From Hemiscyllium ocellatum (lineage: Eukaryota), in contig NC_083445.1 of assembly GCF_020745735.1 (NCBI RefSeq), positions 30,566,947 to 30,630,946 of the forward strand: DNA of 64,000 bases, read 5' to 3'. The position numbers and the translations under genes were made by a program. The notes under the pieces were generated by a model. It did not search any database and was not told where the DNA came from. It saw only the letters and a list, made by a program, of their open reading frames with translations. Below, piece after piece: positions 25,190-36,800 of this stretch; position 1 is the first letter of the stretch, and each line of letters starts with the position of its first letter.

Positions 25190-26279
25190 AAAGGTACAGT
25201 ACAAATCAACTTCAAAACAACATGGATGTATTCCTTTCTGAGTGTTTGTGTGAAATGCGACTGCATCTCTGTTTCTGTGCTTACATCATAGGGTGCCTAT
25301 TTTTATGATTGTTAAAGTTTTAATCGAATGATAACAGTTGAGTCTGATTACATTGAATAGAAATATATGCAGGTTTTCTATCTGTGAAACAAAATGACTT
25401 CAGCTGATCGAATATCAGGTTTGATCCCAGATGCTCGAGCAAACCCAGACAAATCTCTAGAAGACACACTGGTATGGCCAATCACCGGGTCAGAATTGGA
25501 TTACGAGGAATCAAGTTTGGAAGATAATGAACAGGAATAAACGTTTTCAACATTCTTGAAAAGTATCATGTTTCATCGCAAAATACATGTTTACAACATT
25601 GTTGCTGTCACAGAAATGTTAAATCACGGAGTGTAAGCAGGAAGCTGACTTAGTCACTAGTTCCCATTACTCAGGATCTCTCCCTTGAAAACTCTACGGG
25701 GGGAAATAAGAGTGCAGTCTGTTAATCATTTCCCCCTTCCTCTCTTTATGCTCAACCCTATCTATTTCGAACTCATTCTCTGGTGCGAGATCCCTGCTCG
25801 TTTCCCGAAATGAAAGTTAGATTCGAGCTGCTCTGCACTCTTTGTGATTGGTGCCCACAGTTTTCCTTTCCAATTGCTGTGTCATAAATAAAAAAAAAAT
25901 TCCAAGAAGTTTTTGTTTAAAATGTTCCTGATTGGTACAATGTGGCATTTAAAGCTGACATGATTGTGCAGGAATGGACAATTCAGGAATCAGGAACACG
26001 GAATCAAAATGCATGGTTTTCCTCTGTCAGGAAAATGGCATTGTCAGATATAGTCTCAGTGGGATTGAGTATAGAAAAAGGTACGTTGTGGAATTCTGCA
26101 CTGAGTGAGCTTCACTCTGTCCCTGAACTAGGGTATATCTGAGCTGGGAGCGTGAACTGCACAAGACCCTAGACTTAGACCTGTTAATAACTGACTTTAA
26201 CTTGACAAGTGGAATATTGATCGATGTGGGAAATTAATTAAACGATTGTGTATTTAAAACACAATTGAAGAAAAAAGCC

Positions 26280-26294
26280 TTTATTATCTTTATT
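26280..26294 (-). terminator. Two AATAAA polyadenylation signals of the secretory mRNA
   Basis: TTTATT on the + strand at 26280-26285 and 26289-26294, about 30-40 nt past the CH4 stop. Confidence 0.75.
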
Positions 26295-26321
26295 GAATTA
26301 TTAAAGGTAACCTTTAGATTT

Positions 26322-26713
26322 TCATTGACATGAATTAATGGTGTCCATCAATGCAAGTGAAATGTTTACAAAACTCGGTTTACCGCTGGATTTATCAACT
26401 GTTCTGTTGATGGTCTTCAATGGAATCGCTTCATGTCCCACCACACAGGAGTAAGAAGCACCGCTGGCCCACTCCTCCGCTGTGATCGATAACAGGCTGT
26501 ACATGAAGAAGGATGTGTTGTCATTCTCTGCCATCACCTTGGTGTTCCTGTAGTTACTGGGATTCACCGGCTTATTGTTGGTGGTCCATTTGATGAAAAC
26601 CTCTCTGGGGAAGAAACCTCTCACTAAACAGGTGAGTGAGACGACCGTTTGCTCGGAGAGTTCTTCTGAAGTGGGTCGGAGAATGGACACTGATGGCTCC
26701 AGAAGATTTGTCA
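26322..26713 (-). CDS. IGHM: IgM CH4 exon with secretory tailpiece and stop
   Basis: Acceptor TATCCTGCAG|TG. Translation [13 protein letters not shown]...[18 protein letters not shown]...[43 protein letters not shown]. The tail has an N-glycan site (NIS) and a penultimate Cys. An internal membrane-form donor AGCG|GTAAAC lies at 26384/26383. Confidence 0.96.
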
Positions 26714-27192
26714 CTGCAGGATAATTGCAACAAATGCAACTGAATTTTTCAGAAGTCCTGACACAATTCGGCATGGATTGATATTTCACGACATGTTTAA
26801 ATATTCAATTTTCAGTTTCGGACTTACCCACTTTTATTTTCTAAGGATAGAGAATGGCATCCAATTTATTAAAAAAAAGTAAAAAAAAATTGTTAGGAAG
26901 TTTTTTTCATGATTCCAGCCCAGCATTTGGAAATTCTGTCCATTTGTCAATGCTGATGTGTCAGTCAAAACCAGGTTGCTCCCCGCCTTATTTGACTCCA
27001 TCATAATATAATCTCCTTTAATCCATCTTTTATCTAAAACCAGCTACTTAGGTATCAAATAGATCATTAATGGTCCCAACAGTCTTGGCTCATTCCCAAT
27101 TAAAGCATGTTATTAATGTAACCACACCTAAATGGCACATGCATTTGAAACAAATACAGTAACTTATTTTGTGTTTTAACTTCACTGCTCAC

Positions 27193-27501
27193 CTTTCTCC
27201 TTGCGAATGGAATCTCTCGCAGGTGTTGGTAGATGCTGATGGTTGACCGAGCAATCGAAATGGTCTCCACTCAGCCAGGCTTGAGTCGAGATAACTAATG
27301 TGCTGGTCACGCTGTCAGGAGCATCTCCGGGATTGTCAGCAATCTCTGATTTCACAGTTTCCTCTCCTTGTGTCCACGTGACCAGGATTCCAGAGCCAAG
27401 CTTGGACACAACACAGGTTAAGGTGACCGTTGCGTCCAGTAAGACCTGTTCTATTGGTGGAGGTAGGATTTTAACTGTGTAATCCAGGCAATCGCTAATT
27501 C
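27193..27501 (-). CDS. IGHM: IgM CH3 exon (309 bp)
   Basis: Acceptor TTCTGCTTCATAG|GA, donor AAAG|GTGAGC. Translation [32 protein letters not shown]...[32 protein letters not shown]. Confidence 0.95.
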
Positions 27502-27916
27502 CTATGAAGCAGAAAGCAAAATAATCGAAATGTTCCTCTTCCAAGATCTATTTTACCCGTCTTCAGGCAAATCTCCTTCCAAGTGGCAAAGTCTAACTAT
27601 TGCTGAGGCTGAAAATGTACCTACTATTATTTATATATTTTGATTATGAAAACATTCGTGATAACCTAAAACATGTCCTGCGTTGTAATTATTTCAAATG
27701 TTTGCTGGTCTGCAAAGATTGGTTTAGTTTGAGAAACTTGGTTGGCATGGATGAGTTAGACCGAAGGGTCTGTTTACACACTGTATGACTCTATGACTCG
27801 ATATTGAATAATGGCCAATACTAAAGTACCACTTACATCAAAAGGGAACAGATACAGCATGATGGGAAACTAACAGCTGCATTGTGCTATTTACTTAGAT
27901 GAATAATTCTATGTAC

Positions 27917-28267
27917 CTGATTCACATTCCAGTGCAGAGTGATTTGGAGCTTTCTGGGGTGCGTTTATGCTTCGACTTTGAGTGAGCCCTTGGTGAGTAA
28001 CCTGACAGGTATAGATGGCGCTGTGAAACCACTCAACAGCAGAGATGTTCAGCCAACTGGTCGCTGAGAATTTGCCATATGCTTCACACAATGGAGCGGT
28101 GAAAAAGTTCGAGTCCATGGGGAACCCATTTTTCAACCAGCTCACGGAGATTGTCTTCGGATGGAAACCGCTGATTGAACAGAGGACAGTTGCATACTTG
28201 CTGCTTGCGATGTCTTCGCTGGAGCTGACAGTCAGGAGGAGAGTTGGAGGGGCGTCTTCTGATGGAC
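27917..28267 (-). CDS. IGHM: IgM CH2 exon (351 bp using donor CAG|GTACAT)
   Basis: Acceptor CTTCCTTAAG|GT. Translation [47 protein letters not shown]...[50 protein letters not shown]. The domain is clear; the 3' boundary is less certain (see findings). Confidence 0.85.
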
Positions 28268-28309
28268 CTTAAGGAAGCATACTGTATAAATTATCTGACG
28301 GATCTGATA

Positions 28310-28900
28310 CCAAATGCCATGGATTGTTGGATACTTGCCTTTATTAGCCGAGGCACAGAGTTTCGGAGGAGGGAGGTGAAACTGGAATGTAATAAAACTT
28401 TGGTTAGACCACAGCAAACGCACTGTGTACAGTTGTGGAGCCCACATTAGAGGAGGGATGTGAATACAATGCAGAGGACTAAGAGAAGGATGACCAGGAT
28501 GTTATCCGGGATGCAAAATTGTAGTTTTGAAAGGATGAAATGAGATTGGCTGGACTGGCTTTGTTTTCCTTGGAGCAGAGGAGAAGAAGCGGGGACACGA
28601 TGGAGATGTGTGGAATAATGAGGATATGGACGGGGAGAGAGGAAGGAACATTCCCACTTGCTGGTAGAGGCAACGTCGAAGGGGGTTTAAGGATGATTAG
28701 AGTGGATGCCAGCAGAAAAATATAACTCAGGTGGTGCTGGGAATCTGGATCACAGTATATAAGGCTGAGAGAGATGACACCCTCATAATATTGAATTAGT
28801 ATTGAACCGCAGTGTGAAGTTATGCAAGGCAATGGATAAAATGCTCAGAGATTGAACAGAATCATTCGGTTTTGGTAGGCATCGATTCAAAAAGCTGAAT
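28310..28900 (+). mobile_element. CR1 3' fragment in the CH1-CH2 intron
   Basis: ILAFISRGTEFRRREVKLECNKTLVRPQ..CVQLWSPH and LAGLALFSLEQRR remnants. Confidence 0.78.
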
Positions 28901-29008
28901 GGTTTAGGTTCCCTGTGGTAGACCTCTCTGACTCTGTTGGAAGTGATATAAATAATGCACCATGCTAATCTCACCTATTCTGTTAATCTCAGTCCCTCCA
29001 ACACTTAC

Positions 29009-29308
29009 ATGGCATTGCAATACTCTTGTTGGACTTGCTGTGTTGAACTTCACAGTAGATTTTGCTGCAATTCGCCTCTGACTCGGTCAGGGTTAACTGG
29101 CTGCTCAGGGTGTAAGTTCCCTTCTTGTTCCTCACTGATGGGTAAGTCTTCACTCCAGCCGTGATCTTCTCTCCGTCTTTCTTCCAGGTCACTGTGGTGA
29201 CGTCTGGAATGTAATCCATCGCCAAACAGCCATAAATGATGGAGCGATCCATGTCGTCTTGTTGACAGGTTGAGACCAGGCCATAAAGTGTGGGGGCAGA
29301 TGGCACCG
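29009..29308 (-). CDS. IGHM: IgM CH1 exon (300 bp)
   Basis: Acceptor TTTTCCTAG|CG, donor CCAT|GTAAGT. Translation [16 protein letters not shown]...[19 protein letters not shown]...[11 protein letters not shown]...IYCEVQH...MP is a C1-set domain resembling shark Cmu1. Confidence 0.95.
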
Positions 29309-30223
29309 CTAGGAAAAAGAAAAAAATGGGCTATTTAACAAGTGAGACTCTGTCAATGAAACAGTATCCGTGATGAAACTCTGTTCACAGCTATGAAACT
29401 GTTCCACATTTTCCAATTCAAAGCTCCAGCGGAATTTTAGACTATTTTTGTTGTGGTTGATTTGTTGACTATGATGTCGTGCTACCATCATCAGAAACAC
29501 GCCCTTCCATCTTGACTATTATCATATTACTGCACGAAGGAATAAGAACACTCCGATACTATCATCATTAACCGTTCCAAAATTTTACAAAAACGAGACG
29601 GGGCATGTTCATTGAACTCAAATTGAGGAGCAGAGTAATTAATTCAACCTCTCTGCTTTTCTCAAACCAAAAACATTCCACAAAAAATAAATTGTCTCGT
29701 CCTTTATATCAGTTTTCTTCTCGAAGTGCTTAATTGAAATTAAATGTTTCCAAATTATACGACCTCAGATTCACAACATCTCCAAAAACATACATCGTGA
29801 CTAAAGTTCAATAGTAACTCTGCAATCTGTCGTTACCCAATTACAATGTGACCCACCATGAAATTTGATTGTATAAAAGTCTACAGTGGCTTGAAGCATT
29901 TCGGGGTTTTGAGACTCAGTGTGAAACTGCTTTAATCTAATTCCAATCTGAAATAAAAGAAAACGGTTATCCTGGACGGTGTTAACCTGGTTGAAAGTGA
30001 TTAAAGCTACATTCATCCAGGCAAGTGAATAGCATGCAGTCACAACCCATAAACCTTGCAGTCTGTGGCCAGGCGTAAGTGGACACGACGTGAGTTACTT
30101 CGCTGCAAAATGGCTGGTGTCTGACCTGCTCTTGTCGCCATAATATTTAAAAGCAGACTCCAGTTCACTTTATGTCAATAATAACCCACAGCATTTTGAG
30201 GATGTCAGATTCACAAATGGTAT

Positions 30224-33200
30224 TAACATAGAGTCATAGAGATGTATAGCATGGAAATAGATCCTTCAGTCCAACCTATCCATGCCGTCCAGATATCCAA
30301 ACCCAATCTATTCCCATGTGTGAGCACTAGGCCCATATCCTGGCAAACCCTTCCTATTCATATAACCATCCAAATGCCTCTTAAATGTTGCAATTGTACC
30401 AGCCTCCACCACATCCTCTGGCAGCTCATTCCATACATATACCACCCTCTGCATGAAAAAGTTGCCCTTTAGGTCTATTTTATATCTTTCCCCTCTCACC
30501 CTAAACATTTGTCCTGCCCTCTAGTTCTGGACTCCCCCACCCCAGGGAAAAGACTTTGTCAATTTATCCTATCCATGCCCCTCATAATTTTGTAAACCTC
30601 TATGAGGTCATCCCTCACTCTCCGACGCTCCAGGGAAAACAGCCACTGCCTGTTCAGGCTCTGCCTGTAACACAAATCCTCCAACCCTGGCAACATCCTT
30701 GTAATTTTTTTCTGAACACTTGCAAGTTTCATAACATCCTTCTGATAGGAAGAATGCCAGAATTGCATGCAATATTTCAACAGTGGCCGAACCAATGTCC
30801 TGTACAGCCGCAACATGGCCTCTCAACTCCTGTACTCAATATTCTGACAAATAGAGGAAAGCATACCAAACGCCTTTTTTACTATCCTATCTACCTGCGA
30901 CTCCACTTTCAAGGAGCTATGAACCTGTACTCCAAGGTTTCTTTGTTCAGAAACACTCCCTAGGACCTTACCATTAAGTGTATAAGTCCTGCTAAGATTT
31001 GCTTTCCCAAAATGCAGCACCACGTATTTATCTGAATTAAACTCCATCTGCCACTTCTCAGCCCATTGGCCCATCTGGTCCAGATCCTGTTGTAATCTGA
31101 GGTAACCCTCTTTGCTCTCCACTACACCTCCAATTTTGATGTCATCTGCAAACTTACTAACTGCATGTCTTATGCTCATATCCAAATCATTTACATAAAT
31201 GACAAAAAGTAGGGGACCAAGCACCGATCCTTGTGGCACTCCACTGGTCACAGGCCTCCAGTCTGAAAAACAACCCTCCACCCTCTGTCTTCTACCTTTG
31301 AGCCAGTTCTGTATCCAAATGGCTAGATCTCCCTGTATTCCATGAGATCTAACCTTGCTAAGCTGTCTCCCATGGGGAACCTTGTCGAACACCTTACTGA
31401 AGTCCATATAGATCACATCTACTGCTCTGCCCTCATCAATCTTCTTAGCTACTACTTCAAAAAAACTCAATCAAGTTTGTGAGACATGATTTCCCACGCG
31501 CAAAGCCGTGTTATCTATTGCTAATCTGTCCTTGCCTTTCCAAATACATGTACATCCTGTCCCTCAGGATATCCTCGAACAACTTGCCCACCGCAGAGTT
31601 CAGGCTTACCAGTCTATAGTTCCCTGGCTTGTCTTTACCGCCCTCCTTAAACAGTGGCAACACGTTTGCCAACCTCTAGTCCTGCGGCACCTCACCTGTG
31701 ACTATCAATGATACAAATATCCCAGCAGGGGCCCTGCAATCACTTCTCTAGCTTCCCACAGTGTTCTTGGATACACATGATCAGGTTCAGGGGATTTATC
31801 TACCTTTAACCGTTTGAAGACATCCAGCACTTCCTCATCTGTAATCTGGACTTTTTGCAAGATGTCACCATCTATTTCCCTACAACCTATGTCCTCCATA
31901 TCCTTTTACACAGTAAATACTGATGCAAAATATTCATTTAGTATCTCCCCCATTCTCTGTGTCTCCACACAAAGATGGCCTTGCTGATCTTTGGAGGGCC
32001 CTATTCTCTCCCTAGTTACCCTTTTGTCCTTAATATATTTGTAAAACCCCTTTGGATAGCCAAAGCTATCTGATGTCCCCATTTTGCCATCCTGATTTCC
32101 CTCTTAAGTATACTCCTACTTCCTTTATACTCTTCTAAGGATTCACTCGACCTATCCTGTCTATACCTGACATATGCTTCCTTCTTTTTCTTAACCGAAC
32201 CCTCAATTCCTTTAGTCATCCCTCATTCCCTACATGCGTTCCCTTTCACCCTGACAGGAATAAACTTTCTCTGGACTTTCGAGATCACCTTTTCTGAAGG
32301 CTTCCCATTTCCAGCCGTCCCTTTACCTGCGAACATCTGCCTCCCATCAGCTTTCGAATGTTCTTGCCTACTATTGTCAAAATTGGCCTTTCCCTAAATT
32401 AGAAGTGACCTGTATAAGAAGGACGGATTGCACCTAAATTGGAAGGGGACAAATATACTGGCTGGGAAATTTGCTCGAACTGCTTGGGAGGATTCACACT
32501 AGTAAGGTGGGAGGTGGGACCCAGAGAGAAAGTGAGGGAAGAGATCGATCTGAGATGGGTACAGCTGAGAACAGAAATGAGTCAAGCAGTCAGGGCAGGC
32601 AGGGACAAGGGAGGACTAATAAATTAAACTGCATTTATTTCAAAGCAACGGGCTTAACAGGGAAGGCAGGTGAACTCAGGGCATGGTTAGGAACATGGAT
32701 TCACGATATCATAGCAATTACAGAAATATGGCTCAGGGATAGGCAGGACTGGCAGCTTAAAGTTCCAGGATACAAATGTGACAGGAAGGATAGAAAGGGA
32801 GGCAAGAGAGGAGGGGCAGTGGCATTTTTGATAAGGAATAGCATTACAGGTGTGCTGAGGGAGGATATTCCCGGAAATGCATCCATGGATGTTATTTGGG
32901 TGGCGCTGAGAAAAAAGAAAGGGATGATCACCTTATTTGGATTATGTTATAGACCTCCCAATAGTCAGAGGGAAATTGAGAAACAAACTTTTAAGTGGAT
33001 CTTAGCTATCTCTAAGGATAGTTATGGTAGGGGATTTTAACTTTCCAAACATCGACTGGGACTGCCAGAGTGTCAAAGGTTTAGATGGAGAGGAATTTGT
33101 TTAGTGTGTACAGGCAATTTTCAGATTCAGTATGTGGATGTATTTACTAGAGAAGGTGCAAAACTTGACCTACTCTTGGGAAATAAGGCAGGGCAGGGGA

Positions 33201-33294
33201 CTGAGGTGTCACTGGGGGAGCACTTTGAAGCCAGCGACCATAATTCTATTCATTTTAAAATAGTGATGGAAAAGGATAGACCAGATCTAACATA
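30224..33294 (-). mobile_element. CR1 LINE with inverted 5' segment
   Basis: The 3' part (RT plus CTCTATGA-type tail) is on the minus strand at 32404-30227. The ORF1 end and endonuclease are on the plus strand at about 32405-33290. TAACATA lies at both ends. Confidence 0.85.
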
Positions 33295-33352
33295 AAATAT
33301 CAATAGAAATATTTAAGGTCACTGTTCCTCGAGATGGAAAATAGTAGGCATC

Positions 33353-33810
33353 TGTGTTGAGAAGGTAAAAAAAAAACGAGGACTGCAGCTGCTGGAAACT
33401 TGAGTCTAGATTAGAGTGGTGCTGGAAAAACACAGCAGATCAGGCAGCATCTGAGGAGCAGGAAAATCAACGTTTTGGGCAAAAGTTCTTCATCAGGAAT
33501 AGAGGAATATTGTTGATGAAGGGCTTTTGCCCGAAACGTCGACTTTCCTGCTCCTCGGGTGCTACCTGACTTGCTGTGCTTTTCCAGCACCTCTCTAATC
33601 TAGACCTGTATTGAGAAGTCAAAGAGAGTAGTGCTGGAAAAGCACAGCCTGTCAGGCAACATCCGAGGAGCAGGGGAATCGATGTTTCGGGCAAAAGCCC
33701 TTCATCAGTGCTGTTCCATGGATGCTGCCTGACCAGCTGTGCTTTGCCAGCAGCACATTCTGATGTCCAGCAACTAGAGTCCTCAATTTATTTCCACATG
33801 TGTTGAGAAG
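33353..33810. mobile_element. Two tandem Penelope-related hairpin elements
   Basis: Each unit has inverted arms. The 12-mer TGT(G/A)TTGAGAAG occurs at 33353, 33607 and 33799. Confidence 0.78.
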
Positions 33811-36800
33811 CTTCCTTCTCACTTAGCAATGCAAGACAGGTGTCTCTCGATGGGATGATGGTCGCTGCAGCATTAGAGATAGGAGCTGATCATCGAGACC
33901 AGAAAAAAGATCTGTCTCACCTGATTGAACGTGAAACTTCCAACTGGCAATTAAAGAACAAAGAACAAAGACAATTACAGCACAGGAACAGGCCCTTCAG
34001 CCCTCCAAGTTTGTGAAGACCCAGATCCTCTATCCAAACCTGTTGCCTATTTTCTAATTATCTGTGTCTCGAAATATCTTAAATAAAGCTTTCATGCCCA
34101 CCTCTACCAACATGCTCCAGGCACCCACCACCCTATGGGCAAGATCTTTCCACTTATATCTCCCTTAAACTTCTCCCCTCTCACTTTGAACTCGTGACTG
34201 GAGTAACTGTGTCCCCCACTCTCTGAAAAAGCTTCATGCTATCCACCCTATCTTTACCTCACACGATTTTGTAGACCTCAAACAGGTTTTCCCTCACCCT
34301 CCATCTTTCTAACAAAAATAATCCTAATCTATTCAACCTCTCTTCATAGTTAGCACCCTCCCTACCAGGCAACATCGTGATGAATATCCTCTGTACCCTC
34401 TCCAAAGCATCCACATCCTTTTGCTAATATGGCAACCAGAATTGGACGCAATATTCCAAATGTGGCCAAACCAAAGTTCTATACAACTATAACATGACCT
34501 GCCAACTCTTGTGCTCAAAATCCCATTCAATGACAGAAAGCATGATGTATGGCTCCTTGACCACTCTACTGACCTGTGTTACCACAATGTATCTGAAAAT
34601 CAAAATCTCTCTGTTCCATCAATTTTCACTGGACTTTTTCATTTAATGTATAGTTCCCTCTTGAAATAGATCTTCCAAAATGTATCACCTCGCAATTGCC
34701 TGGATTGAACGCCATCTTCCATTTCTCTGCCCAACTCTCAAATCCATATTCTGCTGCATTCTCTGACAGCCTGCTTCACAATCTGCTACTCCACCAATCT
34801 TAGCGTCATCTACAAACTTTCTAAACAGACCATGAATACCTTCCTCCAGATCATTTATGTATATTACAAATAATCCAAATTTTGGAGGCCTTTGAAGACG
34901 TGACTGCCTCCTTTAAGCATTCAGAGACTTTGGAATGTTTTGAGTTGGCCTTTCTCCAAGTATGGTTCGAGATATTAACATTTTAACTTCAATAACTATC
35001 AACTTAACGCAAGTTTATTGCAAATCACTATCAGGTTCTGAACATCCATCCACATTGACAACCTTGAACCTGCCCTGCAGGAATGTCGGTGGTACAGCTG
35101 TCACTGACTGGACATGCCATCATAGATTTCACACACCCCCTGACAGGTTCCAACTCCTCCAGACATATTCCCAGCCCTTAGTCATCTACCTCTCATCTTA
35201 CCCAAACAAACCTGTGCAAATTGCAACCTACCTCCCTAAACCACCTGCCCTTACTGCCTGTCATTTCACCAACCTCTGATTGTTGCATTTTGACATCATG
35301 TCCACCTACCACTTCACTACCACTGAGACAACCAGGTGCCCTGTTTACTATCAACTAACTAGCCTTGAAACTGATCCATCTGTTGTATTTCCGCTCAAAC
35401 TGCCAGTGATCCCACCAAGCACCACGCTACCAAACTAACACGCCACAGCCTGTCAGCTCACATTGCATCACATTATCACCCGATCCCATTACCATCTCTC
35501 TACCTTCTGATCTTAGGAAACTTATTCTGAACTTCGAGCCTGCTTCAATATTGAGACATAGAGTCACACAGAACGGAAAGGGACCCTTCACTCCAACTTG
35601 TCCTTGCCAAACAATGCTCCCAAACTCAACTAGTTTGCTCATATTTGGTCCGTATGCCACCGACCTTTTCTTATTTGCATTATTGCCTAAAAGTATGTTA
35701 AATTTGTAAATGTACCTGCATCTGCCCTTTCTCTAACAAAAATTCTATTAAGGCAGCATCCTTTCTGTGAAAAATGTTGCTCCTCAAGTCTGTTTTAAAT
35801 CTTTCCCTTCTCATCTTAAACCATGCCTTCTAGTTTTGAACCGCCCTACCAGTGGAAAAATACCTCTAATATTCGACTTATTTATGCACCTCAGAATTTT
35901 CCTAAACTCAAAGTCACCCCTCAGCCTCATAAGTTCTCTAAAAACAAAATCTGAGCCAATCCAACCTCTCTTCATTACTCAAACCCTCCAGTCCTAGTGA
36001 CATTCTTGTAAAACATTTCTGCACCCTTTAAAATTTAATATTATACTTCCCATAAGTGTATGATCACGACTAAATGCTATACTCCAAAAGTGACCTCACC
36101 AATATCTCATACAACTGCAATAAACCGTCTCATCTCCCATACTCCATGCTCTGACTAATGAAGGCAAGCATGCAAAACTCCTTCTTCAACACCCTATCTG
36201 TCTGTGACACTTTTTTCAGGGAACTATGTACCTGAATCCTATGCTCTCTGTTCAACAGTACTTCTAGAGCTCTACCATTAACTGTGTCAGTCCTGTTCTG
36301 GTTTGTCAGACCAAAATGCAATACCTCACATTCATTTAAATTAAACTCTATCTGCCATTCATCAACTCATTGGCTCAGTTGATCAAGATCGCATTGTACT
36401 CTTAGATAACCTTCTTCACTGTCCACTACTCCATCAATTTTGATGTCATCTGTAAACTTAATAAACATGCTTCAATGCTTTCACAGCTTATCATCCAGCA
36501 GAGTACCCCATTGATGCTTTCTCCACCGACCCCGATATAAAGTAACAGCTTGCTAAAAAGATTCAATGTCTTGACCTCAAGTACTTTCTATGGCAGAGAA
36601 TTTCAGAGGATCATCACTCTCTAGTTGAATATTAAACAATGGGGTTAAATGTAATTAAGCATTGTAAAGGTTGTTGAGCAGAAATATTTATGACAATTTC
36701 ATAAATGGAACAGCAATAGGTAGAGGTGAAGAGGCTTCCAGTATCATCTAACGTTTATGTTCCTTCAACAGCATATCCCAAAACGGTGAGCTATGAGTAC

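Larger units (their letters stand above)
18217..25219 (-). mobile_element. Decayed Gmr1-type gypsy element (copy B), cut by the assembly gap
   Basis: 5' LTR 25219-24407 is homologous to the copy A LTR. Gag is interrupted by a CR1. Protease and integrase follow, then RT (YPVPRLDDCVEKVG...YHFKVMPF) runs into the N gap. Confidence 0.88.
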
